A stretch of 64,000 nucleotides of DNA from Bacteroidota bacterium (GTDB lineage Bacteria; Bacteroidota; Bacteroidia; Palsa-965). The notes beneath the pieces are model-generated. The model ran no database searches. It had not been told where the DNA came from and was given only the letters and a program-made list of their open reading frames with translations. Shown piece after piece: positions 8,398-16,675 of this stretch. The DNA lies in NCBI GenBank assembly GCA_046335555.1, contig JBKDHA010000186.1:4912-68911 (forward strand). Direction: 5' to 3'. Position numbers and translations under genes: made by a program. Each line of letters starts with the position of its first letter. Position 1 is the stretch's first letter.

Positions 8398-9738
8398 ATG
8401 AATTGCTTCAATCATGCAGCAGGTTGTTTATCTTCGCATATAACCCGTATGAAAGAAATAAGGTTTCTTCAGGAAAACCATCAGCTGTGGCTTCGTTTTG
8501 AGCAAATGCTGGATGAAAAGCAGCAGGACACACACGAGCCGGATGCGCTGGCTGATTTGTTTGTGCGCATTACCGATGATCTTTCGTGGGCACGTACCTA
8601 TTATCCGGGTTCATCAACAGAAAAATACCTGAACGACCTTGCTGCGCGTGCTTATCTGCTTATCTACAAAAACAAGCGCGAGCGCCGCAGCCGCATTCTG
8701 AGTTTCTGGTCTGAAGAAATTCCGCTGCTGATGCGCAAAAACCTGGGGAATCTGCTTATCACATTTGTGATATTCGGACTCTCGGTTTGGGTGGGAATTA
8801 TTTCGGCAAGTCATGATGAAGGTTTTGTGAGGCTGATCCTCGGCGATGAATATGTTGACCGCACTTTAGATAATATGAGTCAAGGCGATCCGCTGGGCAT
8901 TTACAAATCGCCGAATCATTTTATGATGTTCTTCGAAATTGCGCTGAACAATGCAAAGGTTGCGCTGGTGTGTGTGCTGGCCGGAATATTAAGCTGGATA
9001 GGAGTTGCATTTATACAGTTCCGAAACGGTGTAATGCTCGGCGCATTTATGTACTTCCTGAGCAGCGAAGGATTTTACCGCGAGTCGATGCTTACGGTTT
9101 GGATACACGGCACAATAGAAATTTTCTGCATTGTAGTTTCCGGTGCTGCCGGTCTTGCATTTGGCCGCGGGCTTTGGTTTCCGGGCGCATGGCCAAGAGG
9201 CAAAGCATTTCTGCATTCTTCCCGCGAAGCATTAAAAATTGGTCTCGGACTAATTCCCTTCTTTTTTCTGGCCGCATTTTTTGAAGGCTTCCTCACACGC
9301 TTTACAGGCATGCACGATGCGCTGCGCGTGCTGATTATTGCAGCTTCTCTGTTCCTGATGATCGGCTATTTTATAGTATGGCCCATTATTCTTGGTCGCG
9401 AAACATCACGTCTGGGGCGTGTTTCAACCGATCAGGATGCCGAAAAACCGTCGGGAAGATTGGCTGCGGCCAAGCTGTATATTCTGCAAAGTAATTCGCG
9501 TTTCATATTGCTGCTTGCCATTTCGGCAATGCTGTTTTTGCTGCCTACGCTTGCTATCGTCATGCACTTTGTACTTGGGCAGCATGCCGAAACATTTACG
9601 TATTTCTTCTTTGCCTGTTGCTACGGACTTGCCGGTCTTATGATTACGCTGGCCATCCGCAACCGTACTGAACGCGAAGAAAACGAGCTCACAATCCGCC
9701 GATTCAGCAACCGAAAACGTGCAGGTTATGAGCAGTAA
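8398..9738 (+). CDS. SpoIIM-like (DUF95) membrane protein
   Basis: Multi-transmembrane protein with a DUF95/SpoIIM-like layout. The ATG at 8449 (MKEIRFLQENHQLW) is a more likely start than 8398, which would leave only a 17-bp divergent gap to the RDD gene. Confidence 0.6.
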   Translation: MNCFNHAAGCLSSHITRMKEIRFLQENHQLWLRFEQMLDEKQQDTHEPDALADLFVRITDDLSWARTYYPGSSTEKYLNDLAARAYLLIYKNKRERRSRILSFWSEEIPLLMRKNLGNLLITFVIFGLSVWVGIISASHDEGFVRLILGDEYVDRTLDNMSQGDPLGIYKSPNHFMMFFEIALNNAKVALVCVLAGILSWIGVAFIQFRNGVMLGAFMYFLSSEGFYRESMLTVWIHGTIEIFCIVVSGAAGLAFGRGLWFPGAWPRGKAFLHSSREALKIGLGLIPFFFLAAFFEGFLTRFTGMHDALRVLIIAASLFLMIGYFIVWPIILGRETSRLGRVSTDQDAEKPSGRLAAAKLYILQSNSRFILLLAISAMLFLLPTLAIVMHFVLGQHAETFTYFFFACCYGLAGLMITLAIRNRTEREENELTIRRFSNRKRAGYEQ

Positions 9739-10720
9739 CAGAGGGGCTTTCCGATTAGAACGGGTGCGCTCGTTTGGCGCTGTCTTCAACGATACCAAAC
9801 GTATTCTGCGCGAAAATCTCAGTGCATTTCTTGGCGTTCTGGTACTTATTATCGGGCCGGTTGTGCTTACCACAACAACGCTTAACGTTTACTACATCAA
9901 CTATCTTTTCGACGGAAAAGAGTTTTACGAATTTGAAAATTTCGGTTCATATATTGGTTTCCGGAGTTTGCTTTCGCAAAGTACTTCACTGTTTAACGGA
10001 TTGTTTGCGGCACTTGTTATTTCACACTTCCTGAAAGTTTGCCGCGAAAAAGGATCAGGGCGATTCAGTGTTTCGGATGTAAGTTATTCGCTGCGTAAAG
10101 ATGCCGGAACTGCAATTATTCAGTTTGTTTTGCTGCTTGTACTTTGTGCAGCACTCGGCATTTGTATTACAGCAATTTTGATTTGGATGGCCTCCGAATC
10201 CAGCGGAGGAGTTGCCGGGCTGATTATTTTCTTTGGCGCTGTTGGTTATATGCTGCTCCGCTACCCGTTCTGGCATATTGTGTTTTCAATTTTCATGGCA
10301 CGGGGCTCAACTACAGGCGCACCGGGCAATACACAGCGCCCGGGCTGGTTCGAGTCGTTTAGTCTTGCAACAACTGTTATGTCGGGACAATGGTGGCGCA
10401 CCTGGGCTGTAATGTTTTGCATGTGGGCTTTGCTCATGGCAGTTGGGTATCTGATTACAATCACTTCATCCTTTGGCTCGCAAATACTGGATATGTTCGG
10501 GCTTCAGGCTTCGTTTGATGAGGTTACACAAACCCTGATCAACACCATATTTCAGATTGTAAGTGATTTTGCGCGTACACTTGTAAACTGTGTGTTTTGC
10601 GTTGCAGTAGGTTTACACTATTACAGTCTGAAAGAATTCAAGTTCGGTTATACCATTACCGAACAACTCAATAAAATTGGCAACAACAGTACCGATGAAG
10701 ATGTTGAGCTCAGTTACTGA
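9719..10720 (+). CDS. Polytopic membrane protein of unknown function
   Basis: 333 aa with at least 6 predicted transmembrane segments. Overlaps the upstream gene by 20 nt on the same strand, which implies an operon. Confidence 0.5.
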   Translation: MQVMSSNRGAFRLERVRSFGAVFNDTKRILRENLSAFLGVLVLIIGPVVLTTTTLNVYYINYLFDGKEFYEFENFGSYIGFRSLLSQSTSLFNGLFAALVISHFLKVCREKGSGRFSVSDVSYSLRKDAGTAIIQFVLLLVLCAALGICITAILIWMASESSGGVAGLIIFFGAVGYMLLRYPFWHIVFSIFMARGSTTGAPGNTQRPGWFESFSLATTVMSGQWWRTWAVMFCMWALLMAVGYLITITSSFGSQILDMFGLQASFDEVTQTLINTIFQIVSDFARTLVNCVFCVAVGLHYYSLKEFKFGYTITEQLNKIGNNSTDEDVELSY

Positions 10721-11474
10721 ACGGTTCATCCGTTTGTTTCTGCTGCTGCTGTTTGTTGCGGCACCTTTGCTGCTGCCTGCAAAAACAGCCGACAGTCTCA
10801 GCACCGATACATCGAAGGTGATGATGCGTGAGCCGGATCCGGAAACGCAAAAAAGTTATTACAGCGACGATTTTTATCGTTACGAACGCAAACGCGGACT
10901 CGAAGACGAAACTTTTTTTGATCGTTTGCTGCGTTCATTTTTTGAAGATAAAGACGAAGATGTTGACCCCAATATTGATTTGCCGGAAAATATTGACAGC
11001 ATCTCACGCGGCGCTCAGGCATTGAATTATCTGCTGCTGGCATTGGCTGTAGGCTTATTGGTTTGGGGATTGATCCGCGCACTTAAAAGCGGATCTGCCG
11101 GAAGACTTTTCAGCGGAAAAACAAAAGGCAGCGACGAAGAAATTGATGCCAGCGTTGAGGATGTAGATATACATTCCATCAACTACGAAACACAAATTGC
11201 GGCAGCCCGCGACCGCGGCGATTTTCGTTATGCGGTGCGGCTTTGGTTTTTAAGCACACTCAAAAATTTCACCGACCGCGAACTGCTGAACTGGAAACCC
11301 GAAAAAACAAATATGGATTACTACTACGAATTGAGCGGTAATCCGATGCAGAAAAAATTCGGCGATATAAGCCGGGTTTACGATTATGTATGGTACGGCG
11401 AACGTGCCATAAATGCCGGCGATTACGAACATGCCGAAGAACAGTTCCGCGATCTGAACCGGAGTTTAAACTAG
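10677..11474 (+). CDS. DUF4129 domain membrane protein
   Basis: Two transmembrane segments plus a C-terminal region (ETQIAAARDRGDFRYAVRLWFLSTLKNFTDRELLNWKPEKTNMDYYYEL...DYVWYGER) typical of DUF4129. The start may be ATG 10695 (MKMLSS). Confidence 0.6.
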   Translation: MATTVPMKMLSSVTERFIRLFLLLLFVAAPLLLPAKTADSLSTDTSKVMMREPDPETQKSYYSDDFYRYERKRGLEDETFFDRLLRSFFEDKDEDVDPNIDLPENIDSISRGAQALNYLLLALAVGLLVWGLIRALKSGSAGRLFSGKTKGSDEEIDASVEDVDIHSINYETQIAAARDRGDFRYAVRLWFLSTLKNFTDRELLNWKPEKTNMDYYYELSGNPMQKKFGDISRVYDYVWYGERAINAGDYEHAEEQFRDLNRSLN

Positions 11475-11480
11475 AATGCA

Positions 11481-12710
11481 ATGCTGAAACGCAGTTGGTT
11501 TCTCTTCTTGCTCTTTGGCCTCGCGGTGGCTCTGCTGGTGACCCTCTCCGGCCGAAACGCCGAGCGCCAGTATTCGTGGCGGGATTTCTACACTGCGGAA
11601 GAACGTCAGCCGTGGGGCTGTAAGATTTTCAGAGATTATGCCGATGAACTTTTCGACGGAGAAGTAACTAATGTGCGCAGCACTATTACCGATCAGTTCA
11701 GAAAAAATGATGTGCCGAAAGGAAATTACATCATCATCAACTCCAACTTTGCGCCTACTTTTTCGGATGTTGGTTATTTATGCCAGTATGCCGAACAGGG
11801 CAGCTCGGTATTTATTGCAGCACAAGAATTCGGATTGCTCGAAGATTCGCTGAAGTTTCGTGCCGGCGGAACAAATCCTGATGATTTTGATTTCAATACT
11901 ACCGATGATGTCAGTCCTGCTGATCAGAAACGAGTGGACACCATACGTTTCGCCAATTTCCTGAATCCGAATCTTAAAAAATCAACCGACTATATTTTCG
12001 ACAGAGAATACAATCAACGCATTTTCAAATTTGCGAATGACAAAAATACAACTGCACTTGGTCGCGACGGCTACGGCAATATCAATTTCATTCGTGTAAA
12101 ATGGGGCAAGGGTGAATTCCTGCTGCATACAATTCCCAAAGCTTTTACCAATTATTACATGGCCGATTCGGCAACATCGTCTTATGGTTTCAAAGCCATG
12201 TCGTATTTGCCAGTTCAGCAAACATTCTGGGATGAGCATTACAAAGACGGACTTCGTGAGAGCAATGACACCCGGCGTTTTCTGATGTCGGAGCCGGCTC
12301 TTAAATTAGCATATTTAGTACTTGTGGTTACCGGCGCATTGCTGCTGCTCTTCCGCGGAAAACGCCGCCAGCGGGCTGTTCCGGAAGTTAAGCCGGTAAT
12401 AAATTCGACACTTGCATTTGTTGAAACAATTGGAACATTGTATTACCGCGAAGGAAATACACAAGACATCATCAATAAAAAAGCAAGCTATTTTCTGGAA
12501 TCTGTCCGCTCCCGTTTTTATGTGCAGACAACAGTTTTTGATGAGCCATTTCTGCAAAAAGTTTCAGGATTATCTGGCGTAAATTATGCGCAGGTAATGC
12601 AGTTGTTTGGCTTCATCGGTCAGCTGCGTGCTATGCAGGGCGGCGGCGATACCGAACTGCGAAAGCTGGAACAGATGATCTGGGATTTTAATCAAAACAG
12701 TAAACGATAA
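11481..12710 (+). CDS. DUF4350 domain protein (N- and C-proximal transmembrane segments around a large periplasmic domain)
   Basis: 409 aa with an N-terminal transmembrane segment, a second transmembrane segment LAYLVLVVTGALLLLFRGKRRQ, and a C-terminal cytoplasmic tail. This architecture usually accompanies MoxR/DUF58 genes. Confidence 0.55.
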   Translation: MLKRSWFLFLLFGLAVALLVTLSGRNAERQYSWRDFYTAEERQPWGCKIFRDYADELFDGEVTNVRSTITDQFRKNDVPKGNYIIINSNFAPTFSDVGYLCQYAEQGSSVFIAAQEFGLLEDSLKFRAGGTNPDDFDFNTTDDVSPADQKRVDTIRFANFLNPNLKKSTDYIFDREYNQRIFKFANDKNTTALGRDGYGNINFIRVKWGKGEFLLHTIPKAFTNYYMADSATSSYGFKAMSYLPVQQTFWDEHYKDGLRESNDTRRFLMSEPALKLAYLVLVVTGALLLLFRGKRRQRAVPEVKPVINSTLAFVETIGTLYYREGNTQDIINKKASYFLESVRSRFYVQTTVFDEPFLQKVSGLSGVNYAQVMQLFGFIGQLRAMQGGGDTELRKLEQMIWDFNQNSKR

Positions 12711-12736
12711 CCGAACCTATTAATTCATAAACCGAC

Positions 12737-13726
12737 ATGAACGAACAAACGCCTAACCCGTTTTTCCAGAGTCGTCTGCCGCTGGCCGATCTTCAGCAGG
12801 CTGTGGCCGACGTGCGTACCGAAATCGGGCGCATTATTGTGGGACAGGATCGTATTGTGGATCTGATGATTTGCGCTTTACTTGCCGACGGTCACGTACT
12901 GCTTGAAGGTGTGCCCGGTGTTGCCAAAACGCTTACCGCAAAACTTCTGGCCCGCACGGTGTCGGTTGGATTTTCGCGCATTCAGTTTACGCCCGATCTT
13001 ATGCCGAGCGATGTAACCGGAACCAGCGTATTCAATGTAAAATCGCAGGAATTTGAGTTTCACCGCGGCCCTATTTTCAGCAATATCGTGTTGATCGACG
13101 AGATCAACCGTGCGCCTGCCAAAACACAATCGGCCTTGTTTGAGGCGATGGAAGAACGGCAGGTTACTATCGACGGGCACACATACATTCTTGATCGTCC
13201 GTTCCTCGTTGTAGCCACACAAAATCCGGTTGAGCAGGAAGGCACATATCGACTGCCTGAAGCACAGTTAGACCGTTTTCTGTTCAAGCTCGAAATCGAC
13301 TATCCATCGCTTGAGCACGAAACACGCATCATTGCCGATTTCCACAACCGCAAGAATGTAATCGACCTGAACAGTGTAAAACCGGTGCTGAGTGCCTCAC
13401 AGCTTCAGGCATTGCGCGAAAAGGTTTTCGGACTGCATGTTGAGCCGAACTTGATTCACTACATCGCACAAATTGTAAACCGCACACGCAACAACAGCGC
13501 ACTGTATCTTGGCGCATCGCCGCGCGCATCACTGGCAATTCTTACCGCATCAAAAGCGATGGCCGCAATGCAGGGCCGCGATTTTGTAACGCCCGATGAT
13601 ATCCGCATTGTAGCTGTGCCTGTGTTGCAGCACCGCGTAATGCTTACACCTGAAAAAGAAATGGAAGGCGCCACCGCCCGCGATGTGGTGATGCAACTCA
13701 TTCAGCAGGTTGAAGTGCCCCGTTAA
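12737..13726 (+). CDS. moxR: MoxR-family AAA+ ATPase
   Basis: Walker A GVPGVAKT, Walker B VLIDEINRA and a typical MoxR C-terminal lid. 329 aa. Confidence 0.9.
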   Translation: MNEQTPNPFFQSRLPLADLQQAVADVRTEIGRIIVGQDRIVDLMICALLADGHVLLEGVPGVAKTLTAKLLARTVSVGFSRIQFTPDLMPSDVTGTSVFNVKSQEFEFHRGPIFSNIVLIDEINRAPAKTQSALFEAMEERQVTIDGHTYILDRPFLVVATQNPVEQEGTYRLPEAQLDRFLFKLEIDYPSLEHETRIIADFHNRKNVIDLNSVKPVLSASQLQALREKVFGLHVEPNLIHYIAQIVNRTRNNSALYLGASPRASLAILTASKAMAAMQGRDFVTPDDIRIVAVPVLQHRVMLTPEKEMEGATARDVVMQLIQQVEVPR

Positions 13727-13747
13727 TCACGAATCCGAAACAGCGAA

Positions 13748-15088
13748 GTGTTCATCATCAACTTCATAAAATCATTCTACCTCACGGGGCGCTTTTTTGC
13801 ACTCTGCCTCGGGTTGGCTGCGCTGGCCATGCTGGCGTATTTCTTTCCCGTGCTGCTGCCTGTTGCAAAAATTGTACTCATTGCCATTCCGGCTGTGCTG
13901 GTGCTTGATACAATTTTAGTGTGGAGTGTTGCGCAAGGCATCATTGCCCGGCGCATTACGATGGACAAACTTTCGAACGGCGATTATAACGATGTAAAAA
14001 TTACAGTCGAAAGCCGTTACCCCATGCCGATGCGTTGCGCTGTGGTTGATGAACTTCCGGTACAATTTCAGGCGCGCGATCTGAGTTTTAAGTTTATGCT
14101 CATGCCTCGTGCTGTGCGAGAACTCACCTACCGCGTGCGTCCTGTCAAGCGCGGCGAATACCGATTCGGGAAAGTGAATGTGTATGTGGCTACTGTGCTT
14201 GGACTCACCGAGCGCCGCTTCAAATTTTCGCAGGAGCAGAATGTGCCGGTTTATCCTTCGTTTATTCAGATGCGCCGGTTTGAACTTTTAGCTATTTCAA
14301 ACCGATTAACGGAAGCAGGCATCAAAAAAATTCGCCGGCGCGGACAGAATACGGAGTTTGACCAAATCAAAGACTACGTTGCCGGCGATGATCCGCGCAC
14401 GGTAAACTGGAAAGCATCAGCACGGCGCAGCAAGCTCATGGTGAATACCTATCAGGACGAGAAATCGCAGCAGGTAGTTTCGCTTATTGATATGGGGCGC
14501 GTAATGAAAATGCCTTTCGAAGAAATGACGCTGCTCGATTATTCGATTAATGCAAGCCTTGTTATTTCAAACATTGCGATGCAGAAATACGACAAGGCCG
14601 GTGTAATTACCTTTTCGCATAAAATACATCAGGCGCTTGCCCCCGAACGGCGCGGCTTGCAGCTTTACAAAATTATGGAGCTGCTCTACGGTGCAAAAAC
14701 AGGTTTCCTCGAAAGCGACTACGAACGCCTGTACATGAGCGTAAAGCAGAAACTCACACAACGCAGTTTGCTCCTGCTCTTCACCAATTTCGAAAGTCTG
14801 AGCAGCATGCAGCGCCAGCTCAAATACCTGCGTCGTTTATCGAAAGATCATTTATTAGTTGTTATCTTTTTTGAAAATACCGAACTGCGCTCGTTCTTAG
14901 ATGAACGTCCGCAAAGTGTGCAGGAGATTTACTACAAAACTGTTGCCGAGAAATTTACGTGGGAGAAAAAATTAATTGTAAAAGAGCTTGAGCAATATGG
15001 CATTCATGCTGTTTATACGGCTCCGCAGAACCTTACTGTTAATACGATTAATAAGTATTTGGAGTTGAAGGCCAGAGGGCTTATTTAA
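13748..15088 (+). CDS. DUF58 domain protein (vWA-like MoxR partner)
   Basis: 446 aa with N-terminal transmembrane helices and a DUF58 core (YVAGDDPRTVNWKASAR...). Sits immediately downstream of moxR. Confidence 0.8.
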   Translation: MFIINFIKSFYLTGRFFALCLGLAALAMLAYFFPVLLPVAKIVLIAIPAVLVLDTILVWSVAQGIIARRITMDKLSNGDYNDVKITVESRYPMPMRCAVVDELPVQFQARDLSFKFMLMPRAVRELTYRVRPVKRGEYRFGKVNVYVATVLGLTERRFKFSQEQNVPVYPSFIQMRRFELLAISNRLTEAGIKKIRRRGQNTEFDQIKDYVAGDDPRTVNWKASARRSKLMVNTYQDEKSQQVVSLIDMGRVMKMPFEEMTLLDYSINASLVISNIAMQKYDKAGVITFSHKIHQALAPERRGLQLYKIMELLYGAKTGFLESDYERLYMSVKQKLTQRSLLLLFTNFESLSSMQRQLKYLRRLSKDHLLVVIFFENTELRSFLDERPQSVQEIYYKTVAEKFTWEKKLIVKELEQYGIHAVYTAPQNLTVNTINKYLELKARGLI

Positions 15089-15148
15089 TGTTTTCCCTTC
15101 GGGAGTGATGAATGTAGAGTGATGAGTGTAAAACGGTTGTATGGTATC

Positions 15149-16471
15149 TTAATATGAAACCCCAAACCACTCCGCTACCCAAGCGGTAGAATGAAAATCA
15201 ATATCGGTTGCAAAAAATCCTGTTTTTCCGCCTCTCGTTGTTTTACCGTTTGGATCAACCGGTAATGCGTGGCCGAGTTTGGTAATCATAAAAAGCAAAA
15301 CTACTTGGCCTGTTGTTGAATTGCCATAAATTGATTCTACGATCCGAGGATTGTTAATTGATAAACGTTCGGCTGCAGTTGTCGTTGTATCAACACCGTG
15401 CAGTGCGGTCCATTGTTTTACTAATTCTTTTGCATTCTGTTTGTCAACGGTGTAATCTGCATCGCCCTGAAAAATGGCGATTTGAGGATAAGTGCCGGTA
15501 TAACCGGGGCGTGCGGCGCGGGCTAATGCAGCCCATTCGGCGGGTGTTTTGGTAATTTTTCCGGCCATTGCTTTTCCGGCATCGTTCAGGTTTTTGGCTG
15601 CGCCGAACGGGCCTCCTGCAAATAAAGCTCCTTTGTGTATCAGCTCCGGAAAATTCACCATTACACTGTTAGCCATTGCCGCTCCTGCTGATAAGCCGGT
15701 GATGCAAACGGTATCAAGCTGATAGCGGTACTTCATCCAGAGAATCATATTTTTTATGGATGCTGTTTCGCCCGAAATGGTGTCCAGATCATCGGCATTG
15801 AACCAGTTGAAACAATTGCTGATGTTGTTGATGATTTGTTGCTCGGGATACAGCAGCGCGAAGCCGTGTTTGTCTGCCAAATCATTCCAGCCGGTTTGTG
15901 TGGCACATTGCTTTGCGGTTTGCGAACAGCCGTGCAGCACAACAACCAACTTAGCCTGTTTAAGACTATCGGGCAAATAAAAATTCATGAGCAGGTTGCC
16001 GGGGTTACTGCCAAATTCTTTTTGCCGATATAAAACTACTTTTTCATTTTTTGAGGTAAGTTTCAGTAATGCAAGTTCTTCGTTCACAATAAATTTTTCG
16101 GTGCGTGTACAGCTATTTGTTCCAAAAATCTTGTGCGAATCGTTCACCATCCACGCATAAACAATGTATTCGGTATTGATCTGAAATTCTATTCCGCAAT
16201 CGCCGCTGCCTATACCGGTTTCAACCAGCACAACTGATCGGCTTGCGCCTTTATAAACGCGTGTTACCGAAAACCTGAACCGTTTTTTGGTAAAAACTTC
16301 TGTTCCTCCTGGAGATGTGCTTTGCACCAGCGAATCAAAAACAACTTTACCCGAAAAAACAATTGCGGCATCCTTGTATTCTTCCTGAACCGATTTCTGA
16401 CCAATACATGAACAGGCTGAAAGCAGTTCAGCAGCAAATACGGCTAGGCAAACAAACAATAACTTTTTCAT
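15149..16471 (-). CDS. Lipoprotein with a C-terminal PHB-depolymerase-family esterase (alpha/beta hydrolase) domain
   Basis: Signal peptide with a Cys lipobox (LLSACSC). The esterase domain carries the nucleophile motif GLSAGAAM (GxSxG) and the conserved VVLHGCSQTA stretch of LpqC-type esterases. Confidence 0.65.
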   Translation of the reverse strand: MKKLLFVCLAVFAAELLSACSCIGQKSVQEEYKDAAIVFSGKVVFDSLVQSTSPGGTEVFTKKRFRFSVTRVYKGASRSVVLVETGIGSGDCGIEFQINTEYIVYAWMVNDSHKIFGTNSCTRTEKFIVNEELALLKLTSKNEKVVLYRQKEFGSNPGNLLMNFYLPDSLKQAKLVVVLHGCSQTAKQCATQTGWNDLADKHGFALLYPEQQIINNISNCFNWFNADDLDTISGETASIKNMILWMKYRYQLDTVCITGLSAGAAMANSVMVNFPELIHKGALFAGGPFGAAKNLNDAGKAMAGKITKTPAEWAALARAARPGYTGTYPQIAIFQGDADYTVDKQNAKELVKQWTALHGVDTTTTAAERLSINNPRIVESIYGNSTTGQVVLLFMITKLGHALPVDPNGKTTRGGKTGFFATDIDFHSTAWVAEWFGVSY

Positions 16472-16487
16472 TGCACTAAAACTAAAA

Positions 16488-16516
16488 CAGCGATGAACAA
16501 ACGCTGTTCATCGCTG
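16488..16516 (-). terminator. Intrinsic terminator on the minus strand (for the peptidase gene)
   Basis: Perfect 12-bp inverted repeat cagcgatgaaca / tgttcatcgctg around the loop aacgc. On the minus strand it is followed by TTTTAGTTTTAG. Confidence 0.55.
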
Positions 16517-16550
16517 TAAAATTATTCAATCAATATAATTAGGACATTTC

Positions 16551-16668
16551 TTAAAACTCAAAAGATTGAGGCGGGCGAAGGAGCGAAAACCGTCCCCGCA
16601 TTTGCTGCGGGGACTATAAATGAGGATTTTCGCGACGAGTCCAACGAAGAGATTTTGAGTTTTAAGAG
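16551..16668. repeat. ~120-bp nested-palindromic intergenic repeat, copy A (REP/MITE-like or structured-RNA element)
   Basis: ttaaaactcaaaagattgaggcgg...gcgaaaacc...[9-bp stem gtccccgca/tgcggggac]...aatgaggattttcg...agtccaacgaag.gattttgagttttaagag. The ends are conserved and form inverted repeats (aaaactcaaaa / ttttgagtttt). About 85-90% identical to a second copy at 62495-62612. Confidence 0.7.
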
Positions 16669-16675
16669 ATGTCCT

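Noticed and set aside
12737-15088. Bacteroides BatA-E aerotolerance operon
   Set aside because: Only the MoxR and DUF58 genes are present. No BatA/BatB vWA or BatC TPR genes follow. Instead the operon ends at a convergent esterase gene.
15089-15148. Short hairpin cccttcggg after the DUF58 gene as a terminator
   Set aside because: The stem is only 3 bp, too weak to call.
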